From a virus (taxonomy: Duplodnaviria; Caudoviricetes): DNA of 64,000 bases. Positions 18,547 to 27,546 of this stretch are shown here, piece by piece; position 1 is the stretch's first letter; each line of letters opens with the position of its first letter. The translations under genes were made by a program, and so were the position numbers. The notes below the pieces were generated by a model, which worked only from the letters and a program-made list of their open reading frames with translations, was not told the DNA's origin and ran no database searches. The DNA lies in the IMG/VR virus record IMGVR_UViG_3300044551_000092, positions 32,001 through 96,000 of that record; one strand, written 5' to 3'.

Positions 18547-18924
18547 CTAATCCCAGACAGGGTAGTGCTTTTCAATTATTCGAAAAATCTTTTCAAGCGT
18601 ATAACAAGGAGCTTGTGCTTTCCATTCTAGTGGAGAATTATATAACAATTTTAATGTAAAAGACCAATATTGCTTATCTTGCTTATCTTTTTGATAAGTA
18701 ATTATTCCTTGATATTGAAAAAATGACCAATGCAAATAGATATAAGGGTTTGGATAATCATTTTCCTGGCTAGAAAAGCTAGACGAAAAAAAGCCAGGCC
18801 AATTGGAAACAACATAATTCATGACATCAAAAATTTGTTCAGCAGACATGTTTGTTTCAAATTTCATTTGAGCAAGATCAAAATGATACTTATTTCGTCG
18901 TATATATTCTTCTATTAACTCCAT
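18547..18924 (-). CDS. hypothetical protein, paralogue of 19841..20182
   Basis: MELIEEYIRR N-terminus, YWxF and TLxxI motifs shared. Confidence 0.65.
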   Translation of the reverse strand: MELIEEYIRRNKYHFDLAQMKFETNMSAEQIFDVMNYVVSNWPGFFSSSFSSQENDYPNPYIYLHWSFFQYQGIITYQKDKQDKQYWSFTLKLLYNSPLEWKAQAPCYTLEKIFRIIEKHYPVWD

Positions 18925-18930
18925 AAAATA

Positions 18931-19200
18931 TCACCTGACTATATTTTTTGGACGTGGGCTTTTATCGATATTTCTACGAAGAAAAAGATCAGAACCTTCA
19001 TTACCACAGATCCAGTAATAAACCTTTGAGTTCGGCCGGATTCGAAAAGACTTATCTCCAAAATAATTATCATAAAGGAACCAGGCTGTTTGAAAAAATA
19101 TAGTTTTATACTTCATGTTAAAGATACACCAGTTCCTCAAATACCCACCCGTAAAGCTATCCAGGCTATGAAGCACATCAACTGTATAATTACTCCTCAT
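18931..19200 (-). CDS. hypothetical protein
   Basis: ORF with ATGA overlap. Confidence 0.5.
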   Translation of the reverse strand: MRSNYTVDVLHSLDSFTGGYLRNWCIFNMKYKTIFFQTAWFLYDNYFGDKSFRIRPNSKVYYWICGNEGSDLFLRRNIDKSPRPKNIVR

Positions 19201-19859
19201 TCAAAATACCTCCCTATAGTGGGACAATCATGTATCCCATACCATGATTCATAATGGTTCTGGACCCGCTCAAAACGCTCATCATCAATCTCTTGAAAGT
19301 GGTCAAAAAAGTCGTTGTCGGCGGTACATCCACCACAACCTTCACCTATAAAAAGAACAATCATATCTGGATTAACCAGACTTGCTTCTTTGAGAACTCG
19401 ATAAGCTGTGTTGTCCATAAACGGCCAGCTCATTACACAAACATCATAGTCACTGCCAAACGTGCGTACAGCTGCAACAGCGTCCATCTTCCGTACTTCA
19501 GTGACTGGATTCTTCCATAAAACAAACCGAGACTTCTTCGACCACGAAAAGTCATCGGTGGCAATCACATCAACGCCACATTGCCGTAAGGCGGCAGAGA
19601 GCCAACCTCGACCGGCCATGACCTCAAGGACCTTACGTTTGCCAATCCACTGAACCAGTGGACGGACCCAGCGCCAAGAGACATAAGCAAACATGCCATT
19701 TCGAATCGCTATTTCTCTTTCTTTAGTATCATGAATTACAGCTTCTAAAATTTTGTCTTCTTTATTTCCCACAGAAAAACTTTGTTTCATACGTGTTGGT
19801 ATACTATTAGGTATTTTAAGCATAAGAAAACCTCCTCGTATTAAACATAGTACACGCAA
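19197..19859 (-). CDS. class I SAM-dependent methyltransferase-like protein (start probably MLKIPN)
   Basis: VLEVMAGRGWLS, VIATD, DAV, MSWP, IGE..GGCTAD. Confidence 0.7.
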   Translation of the reverse strand: MRVLCLIRGGFLMLKIPNSIPTRMKQSFSVGNKEDKILEAVIHDTKEREIAIRNGMFAYVSWRWVRPLVQWIGKRKVLEVMAGRGWLSAALRQCGVDVIATDDFSWSKKSRFVLWKNPVTEVRKMDAVAAVRTFGSDYDVCVMSWPFMDNTAYRVLKEASLVNPDMIVLFIGEGCGGCTADNDFFDHFQEIDDERFERVQNHYESWYGIHDCPTIGRYFE

Positions 19860-20182
19860 TAAAAATCGAGAAAATTAAGCATCTCAGCAAGTGTTGAAAA
19901 TTCCTGTGTCCGCGGTACTGCAAAACCTTCTAAAAACACAGAGAAATGCCAATACAGCGGACCTTTCAAAAAAGAAACTGAGCCGGAATAGACCATGCGA
20001 CGGAATCCAATGACGCGAAAAATTTGCGACTGATTACGGATAAGTTTTATATCGTTTGTTTCAAAATACGCATTCTGAAGCGCATAATGACAACAGTCTA
20101 CCACCTGGTCCAGTGGGACGGATAAATCAAATTGAGCTTTACCAATATCAAACCGTTTGATGTATTCACTAATCAATTCCAT
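19841..20182 (-). CDS. hypothetical protein (MELISEYIKR)
   Basis: ORF with SD GAGGAG. Confidence 0.65.
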   Translation of the reverse strand: MELISEYIKRFDIGKAQFDLSVPLDQVVDCCHYALQNAYFETNDIKLIRNQSQIFRVIGFRRMVYSGSVSFLKGPLYWHFSVFLEGFAVPRTQEFSTLAEMLNFLDFYCVYYV

Positions 20183-20475
20183 TATGACGACTCCTCAACA
20201 ACCAAAACGTTGAAGATATTAACCGGTCGGCCGGTACGTGTTGTTTCACCAAAAAAGAAAATGCGGTATTGTCCATTGGCACGGTGAATAACTATTTCAT
20301 ATTTTACTTTGAATAGATTATCTTTTTCCTGTTTAACCCGGCAAACCTCTGGAAGATCGGCGGAGAAACCGGGCAGCGCATCTAAAACCTTATGCTGTAA
20401 AACATCTACATCTAGAATTGAATCCAAATGCAGATCTTCTTTACTAATTTTACTTGTTATTTCAACAACACCCAT
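20182..20475 (-). CDS. hypothetical protein
   Basis: ORF in operon. Confidence 0.6.
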   Translation of the reverse strand: MGVVEITSKISKEDLHLDSILDVDVLQHKVLDALPGFSADLPEVCRVKQEKDNLFKVKYEIVIHRANGQYRIFFFGETTRTGRPVNIFNVLVVEESS

Positions 20476-20569
20476 TAAATTATCACTTCAATTCAATAGA
20501 AATTAATATAGCATGTGAGAGCATCGGACTCTCAAGCCCGCCTTTACGGGACATGCTTGATATTCTCAA

Positions 20570-20950
20570 TTAATACACAGTAATAAAAAATTGATTCGAA
20601 TCACCATCATCACCCTCTAATTGGACAACAATCATCTTAGGATCATAATACGTATCCTTATTCACACAATAAATCATTGCACCAAAATAGACTTTTTTAG
20701 CCATTTTATTCTCATCAATTTCGTATTCATATGTATCTAATTTAACGATGCGGCCGACAGCAAACTGCTCGTCATTTTCATCTTCGGATTTAAGATTTAT
20801 TTCAAATGCTTCTTCAATAAACTTTTTAATATCTTCTACTGTGCTATCGATTGTCATATTTAGACCAACCTCTGGAAAACCGCTATTCCCAAACTCTTGT
20901 AAAACTCTCACTAGCAAGGCACGGTCAGTAACTAAACGTGCAAGCATCAC
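20570..20950 (-). CDS. hypothetical acidic protein
   Basis: ORF. Confidence 0.6.
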   Translation of the reverse strand: MMLARLVTDRALLVRVLQEFGNSGFPEVGLNMTIDSTVEDIKKFIEEAFEINLKSEDENDEQFAVGRIVKLDTYEYEIDENKMAKKVYFGAMIYCVNKDTYYDPKMIVVQLEGDDGDSNQFFITVY

Positions 20951-21117
20951 TCATCACATCCCATCATTATGATAAAATCAAATTAATGCTTACTATAAAT
21001 TTTATCACATGAAAATGACAAGCTGTCATGTAATATAGAGAAATATCCCACCGGTCTTAGAGATTATTGATATGTCTTCAATATTATTTCAACCTCCAGT
21101 TATTTAACTATCCTTAT

Positions 21118-21134
21118 CATCAGCCGACAGGCGG
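21118..21134 (-). promoter_or_regulatory. conserved mini-hairpin motif copy
   Basis: + strand CAT-CAGCC-GACA-GGCGG, upstream of an SD GGAGG on the minus strand. Confidence 0.55.
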
Positions 21135-21491
21135 CGGGAATCAAAACGAGTGTGAAAATTCAGACATATACTCAATAAACCCTATGGAAAACCATATAAT
21201 ACTAAAACACTAAAAAATACTTTATTATAAATTATATCGGCTGAATAACTATAAATATAAACTAGCCGAAACACAAAGAGAACTATTCTATTGAGCCTAT
21301 TATAGTTATATTAGATCAGCTCTTATAAGGAATACTATAAGCTCTCTTAATGAGTAATTAAGTAAAATCTAATACTGTATCTATTGCAGCTTTAATAACA
21401 GTTAATTAACTTATTATACGGTACTATTGCTGAACACCTAGCAAGCGGGATAAGAGCGCTTATTAGGGAGCACAGCAGAGTAACAAGTAAA

Positions 21492-21613
21492 GCTATAAAA
21501 GGGCGATAATAGTGCTATAAAGAAGCCGTAAAATGACTGAAAAAGTGCTGTAAAAATACTATAAAAGGGATGTGAAAAGACTGTAAAAAGACTGTGAAAA
21601 GGGCTGTAAAAGG
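21492..21613. repeat. tandem array of 11 degenerate 11-bp repeats (RCTRTRAAANN)
   Basis: Units start at 21492, 21503, 21514, 21525, 21536, 21547, 21558, 21569, 21580, 21591, 21603. Confidence 0.85.
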
Positions 21614-21838
21614 GTGCGGGAGGCAGCTTCCTTGCCCGCGAGGGCTGGAAAAGCGGATATCTCATAAATAAATTATAGCTTGTGCCTTACCTCACACTTT
21701 AACCGATATAGCTGATCGCATAATATAGTAAAACGCGAACAATCATAGCTGTTATCGGTGATAATGTTCGGAAAAGTGTTCAGTTTCTCTGAGGGATAAA
21801 CCATAAGAATTCGAAAGAAAATCATCTAAACACGAACG

Positions 21839-22210
21839 TTAACCCTTGCGATCCTTCGGTTCAGAAAGAAAGCCGGACAGCAGGTGAGTCATTATCGTTA
21901 TGATATTGTCTTCTTGGGCCTCTATATTATAGGACAGGAAGGCTTTAATATAGCTGTCGTCTTTCTGTGAATCATCCATGCTTAAAAACAAATCTTTTAA
22001 GGTATGGGGCTTGCTTTTATAATGCATGGTATATCGGATAGAGGCTTTTCTAAAGTAGCGCAAGGGGATCTTAAAAGACAGATCGACAGGTTTATCAGTC
22101 TGCGCCTCGGCCCCGTGAGTACTTTCTATTTTAAACGAGCCTGAAACATGCATTAAAAAGGTATCATCACGGACTTGAGCAGAAAGAATCTTTCCCTCAA
22201 TAAATAGCAC
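21839..22210 (-). CDS. hypothetical protein, paralogue of 16055..16450
   Basis: Collinear motif similarity. Confidence 0.7.
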   Translation of the reverse strand: MLFIEGKILSAQVRDDTFLMHVSGSFKIESTHGAEAQTDKPVDLSFKIPLRYFRKASIRYTMHYKSKPHTLKDLFLSMDDSQKDDSYIKAFLSYNIEAQEDNIITIMTHLLSGFLSEPKDRKG

Positions 22211-22275
22211 GCAATCACTTCCTGATTATGAGATACCCTTATTATAGATAAACAAAAGGAAAAGATATACTTTAA

Positions 22276-22292
22276 TATCCGCCGGCAGGCGG
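22276..22292 (-). promoter_or_regulatory. conserved mini-hairpin motif copy
   Basis: + strand TAT-CCGCC-GGCA-GGCGG. Confidence 0.55.
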
Positions 22293-22392
22293 GGGACGGA
22301 CGACAGGTAAAGCAGATAATCTAGCCATAAAGCAACCGCTCCTTAAAGTAGAAAAAGTAGAATTGGGTAAAGCACCACGTAGCCGAAGGCGA

Positions 22393-25300
22393 TCAATACT
22401 TGACGATCTGACTAATATTTAGATTAAGGGTATGTCTGCCGGCAGCTAATTCAGCAGAAACAACAACAAAAGAATACTTGTCGTGCCCCATTAGCAGATG
22501 ATTTGTCTTCTTACTGTTATATAGATAGCCTACGGGGATATTGTGAATAAATACGAGATAGTGATCTCCACGAGCCAGAAGATAGCCGCCGTGTTTGGCT
22601 AGTCCAGTAGCTACCTGTTCACGGGTGTAGTTGATCTTACTCGGCACGCACATGCCCAGAGATACATTGGTTGTCACTATCTGGCCGCGCAGTATCTGAT
22701 CCTGTTCTGGCTTGTGTTCCATATAGGCTAGCGTCTGAATGAACTGATCTGCACAAACGGTCCAGGGGAAGGAGAGACTGCTATCTTGTTTCCGGCCGGC
22801 ATAGGTAATGTAATATGCCACAAAACCTAAATCTCTGGCCGGGTACTTCAAAGCAAGATTAGCCATGACTTCTTGAGCTTGGCCGCGCAGAACGGACAAT
22901 TCATCTTTCCGGTGTTGCTCCAGACGATCCAGCTCGTTGCGTGTTGTCGAGTAAGACATGCCGGAAGAAATGACTCTCTGCTTCTCAGTTTCCTCAGCTT
23001 GAAAGATAGACCGAGCCGCCGCACCATAACGTGCTTTGACTTTTCCGACAATTCTCTCCAAGGCCAAGAAGTCATCCGGCTTCAAATCAAAGGAAGAAGT
23101 GATAGGCGCTAAAAGAGAGTATTTTGCGGCATTTGCTTCAAATTCAGCGAAACGTTCATCTAAATATTCCGTTTCAAACTGTTGAATAAAAGCCATGACG
23201 CGAGACAGAACCCCATTCCGATTGATGCCATCTTTCTCCTGTTCAGGATCTTGACGGAGAGCCAACCAATCCGGTTTCATCCAGACACGAAATGAGCTGC
23301 CTTTCTTCTCTTTCGACAATTCTTTTGGCGGGTTCTTCATGAAGGAGAGAGTGTCTTTCATGGCTTCCTCATAAAAACCGCCATGCTTAGCACGATCGAT
23401 TTCCCAGCCTTGCACCAGCCGAAGCAGATCAATGTCATAGCAATACTCGTCGATCTTTTGCAGGTTATGCTGTACAGCGGTCTTATCGATATCAGTCCGC
23501 TGAATAGTCCGTTTCATGCCACGCACGGAATCGGCTAAGATAGTGGCCATGTTAGTGGAGGTGGCAATCTTATTTGGTGCCAGTGTGCGTATCACGTAGT
23601 CTTTGCCTAACTCGTGCAGCTCTTTCTTAAACACAGAAGACTTGGCTTGCTGGGCGGTAAACGTCAGCCTGTAGCTATCTTGATGTTCGACAAGACCCGC
23701 CGGTAACTGGTACACACCAGCCAGTTCCATACTGTATGGGCAGCCGTCGCCTAGATCAATTACGTGGCCTTCTTTATCACGCTTAAAGCTCATATCAAGC
23801 AGAGGCAGGGCGTTATAGCGGCCAACTGCAGCGACAAAACGCGGCTCAGTAATCGTCATGCATTCATCGCCATCATTATCCGCGCCGCCCATGCCAAAAG
23901 TGCAGAAGTCATGCACGCTCATCACACAGAGATTCTGAAAGGCACCGTGCTTGACCGCTTGCATATACAGACCATTGCCATACACCTTGACATATTGGAG
24001 TTCGCCTTCCGTAATGGCCGGATTACGGCCGAGCACAACATACTTGCCGAATAAATCGCTTTTCTTCTCACTGTTTGACAGTAAGAAAACCTCGTTAGCT
24101 TTAATATCAGACGGACGCTCCCGAATCACCAGATCATCACTCTTGTACTCTGTGCCGCACGCTAGTACAGCATACGGGTCCTGAATCATATAGCGATAGT
24201 GGCCTTCAACGGGAATGCTGCCGGTCTTCCAGTTAAACAATTTGCGTTTTAACAGGTCTACCGCGTACTTTTTCATGTAGACATCGTTAAAAGCCAGTGG
24301 ACTAGCAGAAAGGAATCTCGCAAACGTAGACACCATGCTTCGGTCGGACAGAAAATCCTGTTCTTCATCAGACAGATCATCAAAAGACCTGTCCAACCCT
24401 ATCAGCTTCTTCATGGCATCCGTATTATACAGAGCTTTATAGACATTGTTCAGATGAGGTTTCACGATCTCAATCAGGTCTTCTGCGGTTACAGAAGAAG
24501 TCTGGATAAATTGATAGGGGATCTCCGTATACTTCTTTTCCTGTTTCAACTTTTTGTTAAAGATGGCTACCCGGAACTCAATCTTGAAGTCTGGATGACT
24601 GGCCAGCAACTGGCGGAAGTCACCCTTGCAACTACCCCGGAAAGCCACGATGTCTGCCTCTGGATAGTATTTCTTCAGTCCAGGTATAAAGACAGCCAAG
24701 CCCTTAACAAATGGCGTAATGCGGACCTGTACTGCGTCTACGAACTTCCCAAACTCGGCGGCCAGCTCATAGTATACTTTCTCATCAAAGAACACCGCAC
24801 CATCGGCGGCCGTCATCTTCACTGGATATTTTGCTGCATCGAAGACTTCAAAACGATGCGTGTCTGTGTTAAACTTTCTGTAGTGACCTTTTTTGATCAC
24901 TACCTGCCGATCGTTGGCAATCACTAAATTGTGAGTGCCACCGGTCAACATGTATTCATTCGGAATTGGAAGCACCTCGACTACAGCACTGCCAATCCGA
25001 ATAACTTTTGACGCCACGGTGTTAGTGCCTGCTAACCCGGGGCGTTTTAACATTTTTGTGACATCTAATTCATAAGTTTTGCCTTTCTTCTTAGCAAAAG
25101 CGAGGGCGGGGAATCCCAACAATTCCAGCGCATCTTCCGGTTTCATGAAGTCTTCCAGAATAAAGATGCCTTGCATCAATCTCGCTTGGCTCGGTGTCTG
25201 AAACAAGAAGACTGCATGCTTTATTTGGCCATGCTCATCCTTGATCCAGAAACCGTCACGAACAACATCCTCCGCCAACTGAATCTTCTCTAAAACTTCA

Positions 25301-25848
25301 GTACGATATTTTACGCTCAATCCGGCAAGCTGATCTTCATCAGGATGCTCCACAAACAGATTAACGTAAAGGATCTCGTGCATTTTAAGTAAATGACGCA
25401 CAAAAGGCTTTCTGCCGGCAGGATAATACTTGATGTCCTGCAAATCGGCGGAAGCAAAAGCCTCAGACAAGGCTGACTCACTGACCACCGAATAGTTATA
25501 CATATCGGTATAGTCAATTAGGCTTATGATACGGCCGTCATTTAGACGTTTCATCTTTTCAATTTCAGCTGTTCCGACATGTACAGACTTTCTAGTGGGT
25601 GGATAGATGCGGTCCGCTAACTTGTGACTTGCCACGAACGCCTTAAAATAACGCAACTGGTTTGTCGGCACGCCGACCGATGCCGGATTCTTCAAAATCT
25701 CCAGCACACTCTGACCAGACGCGATGCCCATCACAACGCGGGTATAGTTCTTCGTCTTCACGCCTAGACCTTCTGAATCCGCCATTGCCGCAAGAATGTC
25801 ACCCGTCGTCATCAGATAGTCGTTTTCCTTTAGAAATGCACGATTCAT
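22393..25848 (-). CDS. single-subunit two-barrel RNA polymerase, YonO / eukaryotic-RdRP homologue
   Basis: TPSQAR, ADGAVF, QVRITPFVKG, GRNP, catalytic GGADNDGD, IDRAKHG in the expected order. Confidence 0.88.
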   Translation of the reverse strand: MNRAFLKENDYLMTTGDILAAMADSEGLGVKTKNYTRVVMGIASGQSVLEILKNPASVGVPTNQLRYFKAFVASHKLADRIYPPTRKSVHVGTAEIEKMKRLNDGRIISLIDYTDMYNYSVVSESALSEAFASADLQDIKYYPAGRKPFVRHLLKMHEILYVNLFVEHPDEDQLAGLSVKYRTEVLEKIQLAEDVVRDGFWIKDEHGQIKHAVFLFQTPSQARLMQGIFILEDFMKPEDALELLGFPALAFAKKKGKTYELDVTKMLKRPGLAGTNTVASKVIRIGSAVVEVLPIPNEYMLTGGTHNLVIANDRQVVIKKGHYRKFNTDTHRFEVFDAAKYPVKMTAADGAVFFDEKVYYELAAEFGKFVDAVQVRITPFVKGLAVFIPGLKKYYPEADIVAFRGSCKGDFRQLLASHPDFKIEFRVAIFNKKLKQEKKYTEIPYQFIQTSSVTAEDLIEIVKPHLNNVYKALYNTDAMKKLIGLDRSFDDLSDEEQDFLSDRSMVSTFARFLSASPLAFNDVYMKKYAVDLLKRKLFNWKTGSIPVEGHYRYMIQDPYAVLACGTEYKSDDLVIRERPSDIKANEVFLLSNSEKKSDLFGKYVVLGRNPAITEGELQYVKVYGNGLYMQAVKHGAFQNLCVMSVHDFCTFGMGGADNDGDECMTITEPRFVAAVGRYNALPLLDMSFKRDKEGHVIDLGDGCPYSMELAGVYQLPAGLVEHQDSYRLTFTAQQAKSSVFKKELHELGKDYVIRTLAPNKIATSTNMATILADSVRGMKRTIQRTDIDKTAVQHNLQKIDEYCYDIDLLRLVQGWEIDRAKHGGFYEEAMKDTLSFMKNPPKELSKEKKGSSFRVWMKPDWLALRQDPEQEKDGINRNGVLSRVMAFIQQFETEYLDERFAEFEANAAKYSLLAPITSSFDLKPDDFLALERIVGKVKARYGAAARSIFQAEETEKQRVISSGMSYSTTRNELDRLEQHRKDELSVLRGQAQEVMANLALKYPARDLGFVAYYITYAGRKQDSSLSFPWTVCADQFIQTLAYMEHKPEQDQILRGQIVTTNVSLGMCVPSKINYTREQVATGLAKHGGYLLARGDHYLVFIHNIPVGYLYNSKKTNHLLMGHDKYSFVVVSAELAAGRHTLNLNISQIVKY

Positions 25849-25921
25849 AATCGAACACTCTCCTAAAAGTTAGTTTTTGCAGGAGCTTTTAACGTCATCA
25901 CTGCTGTTGGACGGTAAAACG

Positions 25922-26236
25922 TCATGCATAGACTGCAATAGTGCCTTCCCGTGGGACGAATCGATCCACAGAATTAAAGGCCGTGATCACTTTGACCACG
26001 ACCGTGCCATGCGCATAATAGAGTTCACCGACTAAAGACACGTTCAGCCGTCTGAGATACAGACAGAACTTGTCTCCGGACTTCAAATTCAAAAGGCTAT
26101 CCGTCTCCTTGACCAATGCTTTTAAGGCGGAAGCGGGATCTACCCGTCGCTGTGCCATCCGTTCAATTGCGTGCTGCGTTACACGCAATTGACACGTGAT
26201 TCCATCAACCGTATACTTAAACATGAACATGATCAC
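25922..26236 (-). CDS. DUF4258/RelE-like small protein
   Basis: VTQHAIERMAQR...VKVITAF. Confidence 0.55.
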   Translation of the reverse strand: MIMFMFKYTVDGITCQLRVTQHAIERMAQRRVDPASALKALVKETDSLLNLKSGDKFCLYLRRLNVSLVGELYYAHGTVVVKVITAFNSVDRFVPREGTIAVYA

Positions 26237-26282
26237 CTTTCTTTTTGCCCTTCCTGGTGGTGCAGGAGGGCTTTAATTTTGT

Positions 26283-26474
26283 TTAGAAATGAATCACTGT
26301 ATGACCGTTAACAATGTCAAACTTTGCGCCGCTTTCTTTTACGGCGCGACGAATGGCTTCCTCAGAAATCCCGCGACTCGTTAAGTCCTCAACAAAAACA
26401 AACCGATGGGTCATCCGCAGATGAGCCATCAGCCGTTTCAGGTGTTCTAAATCTTTTTCCATACGATAAGTCAT
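26283..26474 (-). CDS. hypothetical protein, paralogue of 26959..27216
   Basis: EKDL..HLRMTH..VEDL.SRGISE.AIRR..GA....NG...I.F. Confidence 0.7.
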   Translation of the reverse strand: MTYRMEKDLEHLKRLMAHLRMTHRFVFVEDLTSRGISEEAIRRAVKESGAKFDIVNGHTVIHF

Positions 26475-26902
26475 GCCTCTTTCACCTCCTTAGGAGCCCG
26501 GTACAGATAGTGACCGCCTTGGCGAATGAACCCATACTTTTGGAGCCACGCATAAGCCCGTAGACGCTTTCCATCAGAAGGAGAGATGATGATACGGTCT
26601 CCAGGAGAAAGCAGCGTCTTAAGCCGCAGTACGCCCTCCAGTGCATAGCGCAGACCTTCCAGCCCAGCCCGCCCAGTAGAACGATTGAACAGCTTGCTTT
26701 CTTGATGAAGCGAAATACTCTTAAACCAAGCCACGGCATCCGCCAATGTATCAGATACACAGAAGTCCACGGCATAGTCTGTAAACAAGGGCAGATTTTG
26801 CGGAACGACAAACAAAACGGCATGCTGCCCATTCGACAACACGCCGTTATCAACAAACACGTCTTGAAACACGTCTTGCTTATTGAATTGAACGATAGCC
26901 AA
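26471..26902 (-). CDS. hypothetical protein
   Basis: ORF with SD AAAGGA. Confidence 0.6.
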   Translation of the reverse strand: MAIVQFNKQDVFQDVFVDNGVLSNGQHAVLFVVPQNLPLFTDYAVDFCVSDTLADAVAWFKSISLHQESKLFNRSTGRAGLEGLRYALEGVLRLKTLLSPGDRIIISPSDGKRLRAYAWLQKYGFIRQGGHYLYRAPKEVKEA

Positions 26903-26958
26903 TATAGGTCATCCTTTCTGCTCGGTTTAACGACATGAACTGGTCAGGTTGCCTACTA

Positions 26959-27216
26959 TTAGAAGCGAATGATCTTGCGACCATTGATACTGACAACGTG
27001 GGCACCCATCCGCACTACAGACCGACGAATGGCTACCTCAGACACGCCGCGGGTTACCAGGTCATCGACACATACACTCTGATGAGTCATGCGTATATGC
27101 ACGAGTACACGCCCCATCCGGTACAGATCCCGCTCTACACAGAACAGGACGCCATTCCCCGGAGACAGCACACCTTTTCTAACGATTGCTGATTCTTTAA
27201 CTGAAGATAGATTCAT
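26959..27216 (-). CDS. hypothetical protein, paralogue of 26283..26474
   Basis: ERDL..HIRMTH..VDDL.TRGVSE.AIRR..GA....NG...I.F; SD AAGGAG. Confidence 0.7.
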   Translation of the reverse strand: MNLSSVKESAIVRKGVLSPGNGVLFCVERDLYRMGRVLVHIRMTHQSVCVDDLVTRGVSEVAIRRSVVRMGAHVVSINGRKIIRF

Positions 27217-27285
27217 AGCAAAACACTCCTTTAGGATTTGTGTTCAGTGGCAAAAAAACAAAGCAGCATTATGTTTTAAAGCAAA

Positions 27286-27327
27286 TAAAAAAGGGAACTT
27301 GCTCACATAAAAGTCAGTAAGTCCCCT
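27286..27327 (-). terminator. intrinsic terminator
   Basis: AGGGGACTTACT...AGCAAGTTCCCT followed by a T run on the minus strand. Confidence 0.6.
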
Positions 27328-27546
27328 ATGTATCACCTATCCCGAGTGATCTGCTCTTGTGAAGGATAAATGGGCTTCTATTTAGTAGGTATCGTCCTGC
27401 GGTCAGGCCAAAGACCAACGGTGTTTCATTAGACTGATCATTAGTGAAACATACAAAAGCCTGATGATCAGGCCAACCCCAACATGCAGAATCATTGCAT
27501 CGTCATCATGCTAACCTGCATGTTGTGTTGACTCGCTAATCGCTTA

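Noticed and set aside
21492-21613. CRISPR array
   Set aside because: Tandem 11-bp units without spacers; no cas genes in the window
21438-21665. 75-aa hydrophobic ORF
   Set aside because: By-product of the 11-bp repeat array read on the T-rich strand
22848-25850. Short alternative-frame and antisense ORFs within the RNAP gene (and similar ones in structural genes)
   Set aside because: Shadow ORFs of long genes, with no recognisable motifs
27434-27475. Hammerhead ribozyme (CTGATGA)
   Set aside because: CTGATGA is part of a simple palindrome, with no downstream GAAA and stem II/III arrangement
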